From a virus (Duplodnaviria; Caudoviricetes), in IMG/VR virus record IMGVR_UViG_3300020431_000009, positions 550 through 64,549 of that record: 64,000 bases of DNA. One strand, 5' to 3'. The position numbers and the translations under genes are program-made. Within the stretch, counting starts at the first letter, position 1; each line of letters starts with the position of its first letter. Shown in pieces: positions 30,101 to 37,539 of this stretch. The notes under the pieces were generated by a model, which saw only the letters and a list, made by a program, of their open reading frames with translations, searched no databases and was not told the DNA's origin.

Positions 30101-33079
30101 ATCTCTAGCAGCATTAAATCCCCAGTTGCTTTGAGCAGTTTCTCCTTGCAAACCACCAACAACCCAATTACCACTACTATCAAAGTATCTTGAAATAAAC
30201 TTATAAGTCCAGTTGTTGCCATCTAGGAAAATATCCATGGCAACAGCTTCGATAAAGTATCCTAAATCTCTGCGACACTTGGCATCACTTCCACCAGGAT
30301 AATTGAATGCTGGGAACTGTGTATTAATCGCATTAATAGCATAGTTAATGATATCATCTGTATTTCTTCTAATAAAGCGATATGCATTCTTATATCTGGA
30401 TCTATCAGTTTCTTGAGGATCACCAGGGAAGTAAAAATTCTCATGATATACTGAGATCTCTGCTAAAGCATTATCAATGATAAATTCTTTGTTTTCTTCA
30501 ATTAGATTATAAGCGGACTTATATCTCTTAGCATCTTTATTAGAAAGATCAATAGTAACACCATTTGTAGTATCACCATCTAGTTCTGCCTGAGAACCTG
30601 TCTTACCATTTGTGATATCACCACAAGGGTTATTTGTCTTAAGCGAGAGATCAGGTAATGTTCCACTTGGATCATAAAGATCTGCCTTGACGGTTAAAAG
30701 GTTAGCAACTGCTTTCTTACACTCATCGCGACACCTATTAAATACCCAGATGTATTGATTTTCTGATCCAAGAAATCCTTGTGAAAGAGTACCATCACCT
30801 TCAAAATACTCACGAACTTTTTCAATAGTATTATAGTTCCCACCATCTCTTAAGTCTTCTCCAATTGCATCAACAATGAATCCAATCTCATCAACTGTTA
30901 CAATAGTTGCGCCAAATGTTTGAACAGTTGAACCATATACGGTATTAACAATCTGTTGACGATTGTCAATAATCATATTGCGAGCATCAAAATATCTGTT
31001 CGCTTGAGGATCCCGACCAGGATTAACATAAGAAATGTTCTGTAGTCTAGGATATTTTGTTAGGATATAACCAAAGACTTCCTCTTGAATCATGCGACGG
31101 TTGCTTTCAATCAAGTTAGCAGCATCAGCAGATACACTATTGATTGAGAATCCAGATGGATTTAAGATCTGTGGAGCAGCAATATACTTAACAAAACCAG
31201 TTGGTTCTAGCGTTACATTAAACTCTTCAGTGCCACCAGCAGTTGCCGGATCCAATCTTACATATAGTTTTTCTTCACTCTTTGAACCAAGTCTATAACC
31301 AGCAATAGTTACAGCAGGACGATCAATTGGATTGATGATATCTTCACTACCAAGATACAACTTAGTAAAGTTGTTTGTATCCTGAATACTACCTTGAATA
31401 TCAATGGTGTAATATTGAACTTTCTTGGTGTTTGCTGCAGTCTCCTCTATAACTTTTGGAGGAATGATGTCAGTAATAAAACCTGCTTTATCTTGGTTAA
31501 AGGCAAATCCTTTATGACCAATTGCGTGAAGTGAAGTATTACCGAAGTTGGAGTTCGAGTTTGTGATGGACATATCACCACCACTTTCCATCAGGAAGTG
31601 ATCAGCGAAACCAACAGCAAAGATCGAAACGTTCTGAATGAATGCATCTTCTGATGCACGAACGTGGAAGTTTCTCCACTCATCCTTCCAGTATGCATCA
31701 CCTTTGGTGTGATAAGGAACAGTAGCAAACGCATCAGTTAGTGATGCTTGATTCCAAGTGTTAGAATACTCATCATAACGAATGAATGCTCTGTCATCCT
31801 TCTGAAGCGAAACGCCCGTATACTGAGCGATAACCATTGACTTAAAGCCTGTCGCCTTAAGACCATTCGCCCAGATACCACAGATACCCCATGTAGAGCG
31901 GATAGAGCAGTTAAAGACATATGGAGAGGCAGACTCTACACTATCAACTTCAGCGAGCGTCTGTGCATTAGAACCCAAAGAAGGAGTAGTGTCTACACTA
32001 ACAAGTTGACCCGAAGCAATACCTGTTCCGATTGCACTAACAACCTCAGCAACTTCGTAAGTAAACTTACGGGGATCATTTTGATCAATAGTCTTAATTG
32101 GGAAGATGCCCTCAAGAACACTATCAATTTCAGTGTTTGAGATAGCAACAAACTGACCAGCAAAGTATCCGTGGTCTACTTTAGTTGTTACCTGAACTTC
32201 AGTTGTGGATGCAGGAAGACTTGGGATTGTGGTAGCATCATTGAACTTAAGAGATTCAATAACTCTAGAGTCAGATAGAGGTCCAACAATTCTGTTCTCT
32301 TGGACTCGGAAATCAAATTCACCCGGATCATCAATTGTGGGTTGGTAATCAGAAAAACCTTTAGCGATCTTTCTGTAGAATAGACCTAGTTCTTCTGTAT
32401 CTGCGTATTCAAATACCGTTAGTTTGTGGTGAGAATAGTTAGGAGCAACCTTTTTGGTGAAATCATTAGGATCATAATAAACCTCACCCGTGCCATCTAC
32501 ACTATTAAAAAGAGGAGATTCTGCAGTAGTCTGACCATCTTTAATAGTAAACTGCCAGAAATAGCAACCACCTGTTACATTAAAGATAGCAGAACGAGGA
32601 ACAGTTACTGATGCAGGGTCAGGAACATATAGAGGACGGATAACTGTGCGACGGAGGTCATAACCTACAAGAGATGAACCTCTGGGGATGATAGCGCCAC
32701 CCTCAGTATTGTTAAACTTATAAAGGACGTTATCAGGGTTGGAAATATCAAGAATGGAATTATCAGTCCACTCATTATTTGCTTGATCAAATCCAAATAT
32801 ATCAATGTTTGTAGTATCTACAAGACCAGGACGGTTATCAATGTAGTGAATACCAGGCATCAGCATAATGCTGAACTGGTCAAACCTATCATTACCAAAT
32901 CCAGGAAGATACGAGTATCTTGCAATCTCTAGAAAAGCACGTTGGATGCTCTTGAATGGCGTTACGGGTGAGTTACCTCTATTAGATAACGCATCTGTAG
33001 CGTTGAAATCATCAGGAGAAACATAAAGATACTTACCAGTTTTGCTGCTGATAAGGTTATCCAGACGTGTTAATGGCAT
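21134..33079 (-). CDS. giant virion structural protein (baseplate/fibre-associated, 3981 aa)
   Basis: Uninterrupted 11.9-kb ORF under a perfect late promoter; beta-helix-like N-terminus, KCxRDxGY repeats and fibre-like C-terminus. Confidence 0.8.
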   Translation of the reverse strand: MPLTRLDNLISSKTGKYLYVSPDDFNATDALSNRGNSPVTPFKSIQRAFLEIARYSYLPGFGNDRFDQFSIMLMPGIHYIDNRPGLVDTTNIDIFGFDQANNEWTDNSILDISNPDNVLYKFNNTEGGAIIPRGSSLVGYDLRRTVIRPLYVPDPASVTVPRSAIFNVTGGCYFWQFTIKDGQTTAESPLFNSVDGTGEVYYDPNDFTKKVAPNYSHHKLTVFEYADTEELGLFYRKIAKGFSDYQPTIDDPGEFDFRVQENRIVGPLSDSRVIESLKFNDATTIPSLPASTTEVQVTTKVDHGYFAGQFVAISNTEIDSVLEGIFPIKTIDQNDPRKFTYEVAEVVSAIGTGIASGQLVSVDTTPSLGSNAQTLAEVDSVESASPYVFNCSIRSTWGICGIWANGLKATGFKSMVIAQYTGVSLQKDDRAFIRYDEYSNTWNQASLTDAFATVPYHTKGDAYWKDEWRNFHVRASEDAFIQNVSIFAVGFADHFLMESGGDMSITNSNSNFGNTSLHAIGHKGFAFNQDKAGFITDIIPPKVIEETAANTKKVQYYTIDIQGSIQDTNNFTKLYLGSEDIINPIDRPAVTIAGYRLGSKSEEKLYVRLDPATAGGTEEFNVTLEPTGFVKYIAAPQILNPSGFSINSVSADAANLIESNRRMIQEEVFGYILTKYPRLQNISYVNPGRDPQANRYFDARNMIIDNRQQIVNTVYGSTVQTFGATIVTVDEIGFIVDAIGEDLRDGGNYNTIEKVREYFEGDGTLSQGFLGSENQYIWVFNRCRDECKKAVANLLTVKADLYDPSGTLPDLSLKTNNPCGDITNGKTGSQAELDGDTTNGVTIDLSNKDAKRYKSAYNLIEENKEFIIDNALAEISVYHENFYFPGDPQETDRSRYKNAYRFIRRNTDDIINYAINAINTQFPAFNYPGGSDAKCRRDLGYFIEAVAMDIFLDGNNWTYKFISRYFDSSGNWVVGGLQGETAQSNWGFNAARDYMQLAVSNQLTNGYQDTLVSVGEAIYGDGLGDLPDNLDPASCTDVQNAIATLTTIVTQVVSDNNNDSLTDPTNPNYVLLTQGVQSISETKCRRDIGYIVGAVQQDLWFGGNEYSVAMARGYFNKDGNPIPNGLLGEQSQSITAFARAADAINRAINNQLHQKDSTITLDQVGDPVVVGDTFATAYNQVMANKQFIAKEAYDRMLSDFPSYQPQVTNTEQDCLDDVYNVLDQVLWNVKFGGNSKTYDAAEVYITNIFAGLNPKRFTPDLASYDSATGTLEITIPNHGMVVGNYIKIADNGITFTCDMDGNNTAHAYPRITDPASDTWLEITSSTPNTFIVNVGVSAPGDQYAHTYINSLPDCILKGESVSTFLDPERDEAQRVFAYATSISRDVIRNRYVTGFGNDVNGNPVDTSPNNPFSQKFDLTIVSDWDSPNYGPASCAGPIAAFDTLMGIIVQSIGTDGASGTLTATRTEPAQPTEYTLGNCSDVLQTVDTLIGIVNDIVHSGQFNPPAIDHGEWDCANVRSTIENLFDIAVDAFTSNDLSDLPVLNRGTFTLEAEASKCFRDVSYIVDAVVNDLRLGGNINSVQAGEAYYVGNQLDYIDGEKTETIDAWEYVRDMAIAAMRNFDFLAFDATSVSGSSIVNIGDTRGVLIGMRVAEYDNTDSVNPAYVNGLLQSGSSLVFNSIPDGTYVKSIVSSTEIELGAIGSKLNDGPSVNALQSGTLDLYFSYEKGSWADTLPKTVTVGPEASGPDVIQDTETGQVATDPNTGLTYQKRECASTADAIDTLIGNITTIINSGVDSVTRQPQTANLSLFASRSTAFSINTTGTGASNPHDFETGTPVRLVPRPRFDTNTGKYVDVDKRLVRLPNGFETNTTYYVIAPGRKTQPEDYSNTTFFNGSDQTKLMLATSKENAAAGIYLYSSEADSIDPNVEIDIYQFILDEKYDLHSYTAKITTAINAGIETSVPHVFDVPFASVTPHKVFFRQAEGQPSLPEVSTTYAADADVAVQDTGDVNYGKINPQIEFFARYQNDKVFTIHKTHADAINNVNPITFVSGQTMKFDVFSNKRRSPVKFDPAFSRLTNKTGKWYVNCKDEGSNNVLQTVRETNIQWRIKQSDLADRNRSTDMWFTRLEDEREADDRTYKIRYVIPKYLGNARDPINGFVIKTRTDDTRKLVPQKLLLKPVVGSVFGARFENPIQAGEFIGNSESDLSTAGLNIDAAYDPYLNPKFAKFNSGIQATIQSARYVEDNLDPTIEYLEMTVFDHSIDTVNYSGLRNESFTTVKTNAPQGGSWTTNKTESVSSNQVSWSGNSTGIANIHAYMTVNGEHYLILKNIRGGKLEFSEYYNIKFQQGSTFADMLEDQDMGKSLPLKTQIRKNYPQYYYKQKGANVYTITPGDTIQDDSGIEYYVDSVEDAGVIEDTFYVFSYETLQRRIAGQQDGVYYLSCLRGNISPFPTGAGAGGNFRNFKFSQPVSRLYPLDYKNDPLWFKKNGTSAEELALAVQSIDPPSTYSSADNYIHGLVSTNDYKNSITRELVEDFVNQPAFITNDYSGATEIKAQNGNATSGSEDRKIRISGNSEVLADQRYYVELRRPSIARAGNHTFEYLGFGPGNYSTGLPARQEVVLTPEEDFYAQSKKEDGGIVFYTGLNSNGDLYIGNRKINAITGEETFLEAAVLESSADDDEDIGNLVTTFDTPVTFNQNITVVGGDGTQQNVFQSPLIVSVQDNDLTEVRDVLIIRSNVSSVDPITNLEQDESLDRTAFKVVNDGDIRISKNRIDAAVFGWNARGTGQSYQIQTHTINGLPSNITPNNNSLVASGGDRVYVNQFINYNGVAVKAGDILLKGLEVGKSGSWGWIYANYYEAIPQSNIFTIEFDGTNVVKLTFKDQGVNLANSAVGITSGSQIRINNYPDSRLNSVWQVYSPNGDAFDPANNYVHFQVIDAIPVDLLSWSGTGGVTDVPVGQVAPSIDYSNSNWKEVGVVGAETFRTNTEVMGDFKVGINTLARSAHIASQDGFISPETDPRANLDVVGDAFISGKKINDYLNETTVVKTETDLDHALLVGGDSSDPDDTATLRVMTTNGGRLGINTTVGNAVNPQFNLDKTLTVIGTGRFTGDVEFTSDIQVNGGDLTTTNNTFNFVPQNANILNWAGEGQIFNFLNNTTVAQSINIANSSPNQTIQIGNAATTSTLRLHRNSTDATVDIASVSDDVTNKCEITLGGAWGNTASFTEIGTRQTLIAGELEIGTRYGAGTSTSRLFTQTRTVNLFDGDQTNTVNLATNATTFNLGSTGGTTTVRNTLNVLASAIVEGNIRLDGGLNSGIIEIVRGRFGTTIVAHNVGGVENPNIDFYKYESTGKFIDTGGVAAWGSNSFLLAGGQIASIDNIVNTGAASRPAATYSFLTATSDGVGVGATFTIIVRFDSTIDISVESPGSGYIDDETITITNAQLGGGVGGGDLTFQVNGTNDAGQSYILPITTPTITDFQVGDLLLIDRADPTSPDIVGVAPNQLTGLRNEAESEIVRVIGLANVANPADPNGYRLIVGRGQEGTGTYLNHPDGCVIAKLVKQSNASYITGSDLDFNDLIDVPENGIPATSADARIGVAEFGGTISTRDFMRLSSSEFVSVKDLISTSPQSLSVNDGGDPAAEVFKVESTTGNTYIFGDILAGSGFNKFTVDSNTGNTTTAGTLTTNNTITLRGSTFAAQDGELFKLTPQGNTEFLTLTNGGNSAVSESVTFQIDTATGTILSTGGMRFFSTDPSTGDADLSSPRLTFDNSSGDLTVYGSLSALGTGTSTFGGSIKIFTGGLDIQYKDSSGDQIDRRTVIKNSSGADMFSVEEDGGMTIAQIPNYITRTGGAKWVHSSDTVIVGESNVNYFVNSTGNTLFKLPGNPLIGDTIRIIDISGSLTYSLSLVIRAVDDVKVQNELSNTGSAALSGVSPSSFAGYNGGELIVQTPNAAFGLVYAGGVNPDGSGSGVPSALTGWYLMEV

Positions 33080-33119
33080 GATTAATCTGACCCTGCGGTA
33101 TATCTTTTATCCTAGGATT

Positions 33120-33127
33120 TATTTATA
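33120..33127 (-). promoter_or_regulatory. T4 late promoter
   Basis: Exact TATAAATA 41 nt upstream of the giant ORF. Confidence 0.85.
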
Positions 33128-33229
33128 CACGGGGTCTATACCTATCTTTGAGAATAAGCATTAATGCTATTTCTTTAAGACACATGTAAATGTATCCAAA
33201 TTGTTCTCTATAAGTTGTTCTATACATAA

Positions 33230-33301
33230 CTCCCCCTCCTGGGATCGAACCAGGGACAAATTGATTAACAGTCAACCGCTCTACCGCTGAGCTAAGGAGG
33301 A
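33230..33301 (-). tRNA. tRNA-Asn(GTT)
   Basis: Cloverleaf; anticodon arm GTTGA-CTGTTAA-TCAAT; GGTTCGA T-loop; no encoded CCA. Confidence 0.95.
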
Positions 33302-33305
33302 TTGA

Positions 33306-33379
33306 CGGGATAGATGGGACTTGAACCCACGACCCCCTGCGTGACAGGCAGGTGCTCTAACCATCTGAGCTACTACCCC
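33306..33379 (-). tRNA. tRNA-Asp(GTC)
   Basis: Cloverleaf; CCTGC-CTGTCAC-GCAGG; GGTTCAA; followed by TCA rather than CCA. Confidence 0.95.
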
Positions 33380-33894
33380 ATACGGGTGAAATTGAATGGA
33401 CCGTAATCAGATCCCCATACTTTTTGATGAGTTTCTGAATGAAGACCACGGTCCATTACTTGGTAATTTGTTTCAGTAAGAAGGACTTCGTTATTAACAT
33501 AAGTCCTAACTCCTCCACGCATTACATAACATTCACAAGTATCATTCTTACCTGTAAATGTTTTAGTTGCAGTCTCTCTAATAATATTATCACAACCCTC
33601 TCGATATGTCAAGAGATCATCAGTAAGTTTATCAAGGTTCCTGCATCCAACAAAGTCTGCTGGTGTTCTGATCTCATAATTCTTAAGTCTAAGGTAATCA
33701 CCTTCATCAACTACTTCAATTACAAATTGTCTATATGGACGATCTAATTGATAGTTGTATGCCTGTTCTCCATAAAATCGAGTCTCCCCAATCTTACGAT
33801 GACTAACACGAATGTGAGCATAACGAGTAGGATGACTTTGTGCTTGACGTTTGTTAGCAAAAGTTCCCTCAAATAATTCAAGAAACGTGTTCAT
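33373..33894 (-). CDS. cpeT: CpeT/CpcT-family phycobilin lyase
   Basis: FxNxxQA..P, GEQAY...RPYRQ, GCD, DRG...VWGS.YGPF motifs. Confidence 0.9.
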   Translation of the reverse strand: MNTFLELFEGTFANKRQAQSHPTRYAHIRVSHRKIGETRFYGEQAYNYQLDRPYRQFVIEVVDEGDYLRLKNYEIRTPADFVGCRNLDKLTDDLLTYREGCDNIIRETATKTFTGKNDTCECYVMRGGVRTYVNNEVLLTETNYQVMDRGLHSETHQKVWGSDYGPFNFTRMG

Positions 33895-34159
33895 CGGGCA
33901 TCACTTCAGGATTAATAAGATCTAATTCAAATAATACAGGGTGGCATTCTTCAGCAATCAAGTAATCAGAGTACTTAAAAATATCTTCTAGTGTATAGTC
34001 TTGATTCATTGCTGCTTCTGCCAGTATCCACTTATCGTTCTTCTGTTCATCTTCGAGAACATCAAAAGCAAATGGCATACTTTCAACATAATACATCAGA
34101 ACAGGTACGTTATCTACAAATACATGTTTACGTGTGATTGTATACCTGAACTGTGCCAT
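33878..34159 (-). CDS. hypothetical protein (93 aa)
   Basis: Start revised to ATG 34159 (MAQFRYTIT...) because the longer ORF overlaps tRNA-Leu. Confidence 0.7.
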   Translation of the reverse strand: MAQFRYTITRKHVFVDNVPVLMYYVESMPFAFDVLEDEQKNDKWILAEAAMNQDYTLEDIFKYSDYLIAEECHPVLFELDLINPEVMPDEHVS

Positions 34160-34197
34160 GATGTTATGATTTCCTGTTAATGTTATATTTAACAGGA

Positions 34198-34282
34198 TGC
34201 GAGTAGGGAGACTTGAACTCCCACGGGCATAATGCCCAACAGATTTTAAGTCTGGTGCGTCTACCGATTCCGCCATACTCGC
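34198..34282 (-). tRNA. tRNA-Leu(TAA)
   Basis: Class II cloverleaf with long variable arm; CCAGA-CTTAAAA-TCTGT. Confidence 0.95.
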
Positions 34283-34285
34283 AAA

Positions 34286-34358
34286 TGCTTCCTGAGAGGA
34301 TCGAACTCTCCTTAGGCAAATTATGAGTTTGCTGCATTCACCAGATTGCTAAGGAAGC
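34286..34358 (-). tRNA. tRNA with CAT anticodon (probably Ile2, alternatively Met)
   Basis: GCAAA-CTCATAA-TTTGC anticodon arm, similar as recalled to cyanobacterial Ile2; lacks initiator features. Confidence 0.85.
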
Positions 34359-34380
34359 ACTCCATGTATTATAACATAGA

Positions 34381-34518
34381 TTAGGCAGGACGGGTAGGGG
34401 GTGCTGACAGATTGGTAATTGACTGTCGCTTGATGAATGCCTTGAGTTCAGGAGTCTCATCCCACTCCCAGATCTCTTCATGTCCTTTTTTGTCGATCTT
34501 CTTAAATGTCTTTTTCAT
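34381..34518 (-). CDS. small hypothetical protein (45 aa)
   Basis: Hand-read MKKTFKKIDKKGHEEIWEWDETPEL... Confidence 0.55.
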   Translation of the reverse strand: MKKTFKKIDKKGHEEIWEWDETPELKAFIKRQSITNLSAPPTRPA

Positions 34519-34702
34519 TGGAATACTCCTCTAATTTATCCATAACATCGTCAAATGAACCAATACTCTCAATCTCTGTGATGAGAGTAGCGATTTGTTT
34601 ACATACTAGTGGTCGTTCTTGTCTAGCAGCATATGATAATGCGTTGCGAAGACTGCTTGTAGCCTCCGCAAGACTCTCCTCTACTTGTTTACCTAAAGCC
34701 AT
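34502..34702 (-). CDS. conserved cyanophage hypothetical protein
   Basis: ORF track; GAGGA SD. Confidence 0.7.
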   Translation of the reverse strand: MALGKQVEESLAEATSSLRNALSYAARQERPLVCKQIATLITEIESIGSFDDVMDKLEEYSNEKDI

Positions 34703-34753
34703 TGCTCCTCTTTATCCTCGACATAGTTATTATACTGGGTTTCTTGAGTGCTG

Positions 34754-34993
34754 TCAAGCCACAAGCATCCCAGCATCCTTCATGTAATTTAGTGTGTCAT
34801 GCATGTTGCCAAGATGCTTGGCACCAATAGAGACCTGAGGATAGGTTGCCTCAGGTCCAAACTCTGCTTCAAACGCTCTTTGAGTGAAGTGTTCGTTGAG
34901 TTTATACTCATGAAAATCTCCTCCAATTGTCTTGAGCAGTGCTGCAATACGCTCACACTCTTGACTGCCGTTAGAATAGATTACTGCTTGCAT
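34754..34993 (-). CDS. glutaredoxin-like protein lacking the first Cys
   Basis: SQEC in place of CxxC; TYPQV cis-Pro motif. Confidence 0.65.
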   Translation of the reverse strand: MQAVIYSNGSQECERIAALLKTIGGDFHEYKLNEHFTQRAFEAEFGPEATYPQVSIGAKHLGNMHDTLNYMKDAGMLVA

Positions 34994-35002
34994 AATTGTT
35001 TT

Positions 35003-35938
35003 TTAAAGTGTATGTATATTTCCAATGACCCATGATCTCATGCCAAATGGTGTATCGGCAATAATAGTCTGAGTATGTTCCACAACCTCTTGTGGTACAA
35101 CTAAACAGAATCCAATACCAAGGTTGAATACATTACGCATCTCTTCCTCAGGAACGTCTCCTGCCTGTTGGATCTTGGTAAAGAGTTCTGGTCTCTCCCA
35201 AGCATCATAGTCAACATTAACTCCAAGACCCCTTGGAAGGCATCGTGGGAGGTTCTCAGGCAGTCCTCCACCTGTGATGTGTGCCATACCTAGGATAGGA
35301 ATCTCATCTAGAAGATATTCAACCAATGGAGCATAGATGGTAGTTGGAACCAACAGCTCAGGCATCTCCTTATACTTAATGTAATTTCTCCACAGCATAT
35401 CATTGATGAGTGTATATCCATTACTATGAAGACCACTACTTTCAATACCAATGACTACATCACCAGGTCTGATGTTACTACCATCAACAATCTCATTCTT
35501 CTCTACAATACCAGTACAGAAACCAGCAAGGTCATAGTCAGTTGCTCTAAAATGCTCTGCTGTTTCTCCACCTAGGAGTTCCATACCAGTAAGTTCACAT
35601 GCCTTGACAACTCCATGTACAATTTCACTGACGTTAGCATCAAGTGTTTTGGCAGAGATATAGTCTAGAAAATATAATGGTTTAGCACCAGAACATATAA
35701 CATCATTGACGCACATAGCAACGAGATCCTGACCAATAGTGGAGTAATCAAATGCAATCCTACAAATGTTAATTTTAGTTCCGACACCATCAGCACCAGA
35801 TACCAGCACAGGTTTCTCATATCCTGATGGGATCTCCATCATTCCATTGAACCCACCAATACTAGGTGCCATCACCTTAAGATATTCCACAAAGGATCTA
35901 CCCCTTTGAATGTCAACACCAGAAGTTTTGTAGTCCAT
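35003..35938 (-). CDS. purM: phosphoribosylaminoimidazole (AIR) synthetase
   Basis: YKTSGVDI, DGVGTK, DLVAMCVND, GGETAE, SSGLHSNG, AHITGGG, FNLGIG. Confidence 0.97.
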   Translation of the reverse strand: MDYKTSGVDIQRGRSFVEYLKVMAPSIGGFNGMMEIPSGYEKPVLVSGADGVGTKINICRIAFDYSTIGQDLVAMCVNDVICSGAKPLYFLDYISAKTLDANVSEIVHGVVKACELTGMELLGGETAEHFRATDYDLAGFCTGIVEKNEIVDGSNIRPGDVVIGIESSGLHSNGYTLINDMLWRNYIKYKEMPELLVPTTIYAPLVEYLLDEIPILGMAHITGGGLPENLPRCLPRGLGVNVDYDAWERPELFTKIQQAGDVPEEEMRNVFNLGIGFCLVVPQEVVEHTQTIIADTPFGMRSWVIGNIHTL

Positions 35939-36207
35939 TAATAAATTTCTCCTTTTGCAATTTGTTCACGACGTTTTAGTTTCCATACTATGTAATCCAT
36001 TGTTGGGATACACATAGGGTTCCAACCAACAAAGGTTGTTGACTCTCCACTAGGTATCTTCCAACAGGGAGCATCATCATTGTCAAGGTCTAATGATTTA
36101 CGATACTCATCCTCACCAAACATAACAACAGCACGTTCTGCTTCATTCAAACTCTTGAAGCAATCAAAACAGTTCTTTCTAATCTCATCAGGGATGTGAT
36201 GTTTCAT
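35938..36207 (-). CDS. hypothetical protein
   Basis: ORF track; between purC and purM. Confidence 0.7.
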   Translation of the reverse strand: MKHHIPDEIRKNCFDCFKSLNEAERAVVMFGEDEYRKSLDLDNDDAPCWKIPSGESTTFVGWNPMCIPTMDYIVWKLKRREQIAKGEIY

Positions 36208-36902
36208 TGAATAGCAAGTGGTTGTAGTCGGTCAAGGATCTCACGATAGGCAGGAACAATATCTCCTTCATCCTTCCTGAATAGATCCTTATCAAATCTC
36301 TCATCACCACCAATCTTCCACAGTCTCATACTATCAGGACTGATCTCATCAGCAAGCATCAGTTCTCCATGGGCAGTGTATCCATACTCAATCTTAAAGT
36401 CAACCAGATCAATACCCATGATGTAGAACATCTGACGAAGGTAATCATTGATCCGTAGTGTCATCTCAATGAGAGGTTCTGGATTATATCCCATCAGTTT
36501 TACACGATCTCTCGTAAGTAATGGGTCATGCTTACTATCATCCTTCAGGAAAAACTCAACAATAGGATGTGGTAGTGAATAACCTTCTTGTAAAGTTGTC
36601 TCGCGAACAATAGATCCGGCAGCACGGTTCCTACAAATAACTTCCAGAGGAATGATGTCTACCTTCTTACAGATCATCTTATTCGCACCAACCATATTAA
36701 TATAATGTGTTGGGATATTTTCTTTGGCAAGTTTCTCGAAGATGAGAGATGAGATACTACAGCAGAGGGATCCTTTTCCTAAAGGATGGTCAACCATCTC
36801 ACCATTGCCAGCAGTTACCTTATCATGGTACTCAATGATGACTTGCTGTGCATCGTCACCTGCGTATACCGTCTTTACCTTTCCTTCTGTAATTACTTCC
36901 AT
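36204..36902 (-). CDS. purC: SAICAR synthetase
   Basis: EGKVK, IPLEVICRN.AAGS, LVDFKIEYG, ADEISPDSMRLW, DKDLFR. Confidence 0.97.
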   Translation of the reverse strand: MEVITEGKVKTVYAGDDAQQVIIEYHDKVTAGNGEMVDHPLGKGSLCCSISSLIFEKLAKENIPTHYINMVGANKMICKKVDIIPLEVICRNRAAGSIVRETTLQEGYSLPHPIVEFFLKDDSKHDPLLTRDRVKLMGYNPEPLIEMTLRINDYLRQMFYIMGIDLVDFKIEYGYTAHGELMLADEISPDSMRLWKIGGDERFDKDLFRKDEGDIVPAYREILDRLQPLAIQ

Positions 36903-37099
36903 CAGTCATCCTCCTGTTTGTATGTAATAGTGATTTGATTGTATACTTCGTCTCTGTTATCGCTGTTGTATACATGACAGCGTTCTACCTTAGCGTCCAA
37001 TAGTTTCTCAATATTATTGAGTTGCCATTCAGCAGCATACTTCTTAAATCCATCGTCCATCCAAGTCTTATTGGATCCTGGTGTGTTAAAATCATCCAT
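36902..37099 (-). CDS. hypothetical protein
   Basis: ORF track. Confidence 0.6.
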   Translation of the reverse strand: MDDFNTPGSNKTWMDDGFKKYAAEWQLNNIEKLLDAKVERCHVYNSDNRDEVYNQITITYKQEDD

Positions 37100-37374
37100 T
37101 ATTCAATACCTGGTGGAAAAGTGTCAATCTCAGTCAGTTCATAGTCCCAGTCTTCCATGACTGTGTTGGCAAGAAATCTATCAGATAGCATTTCGAGTTC
37201 CTTCTCAGCATACTCTCTGCTCTCTGCTTCCAACCAAACATCAATTACCTTACCAAGTCTAAGTTTCTTGATGTTTAACTCAGACAATCGCTTACAGGCA
37301 TCTCTCACGGCGTTGCCAGGAGAGTCATCAACCTGTGATCGTAGTCTGATGAATACTAGTGCTTTAAATTTCAT
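37099..37374 (-). CDS. purS: FGAM synthase subunit PurS
   Basis: D..GNAV, LRLGKVI, LANTVMED motifs; next to purC. Confidence 0.9.
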   Translation of the reverse strand: MKFKALVFIRLRSQVDDSPGNAVRDACKRLSELNIKKLRLGKVIDVWLEAESREYAEKELEMLSDRFLANTVMEDWDYELTEIDTFPPGIE

Positions 37375-37539
37375 GCTTGTTCCCTCTCGTCAAGTGCTTC
37401 ATGAATAATTTGTTTTAACTCAATACGTTCTTCTGGTGTGAAGATTGTACGAATTTTCACTGGCATAGGATCATAACTACTTGGTTTCTTTGATTTGCCA
37501 GGAAGACTCATGCCCTGTGTGTCAATTTTGTCCATTATA

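Noticed and set aside
34160-34276. N-terminal extension of ORF 33878-34276
   Set aside because: It reads through tRNA-Leu; the ATG at 34159 is the sensible start
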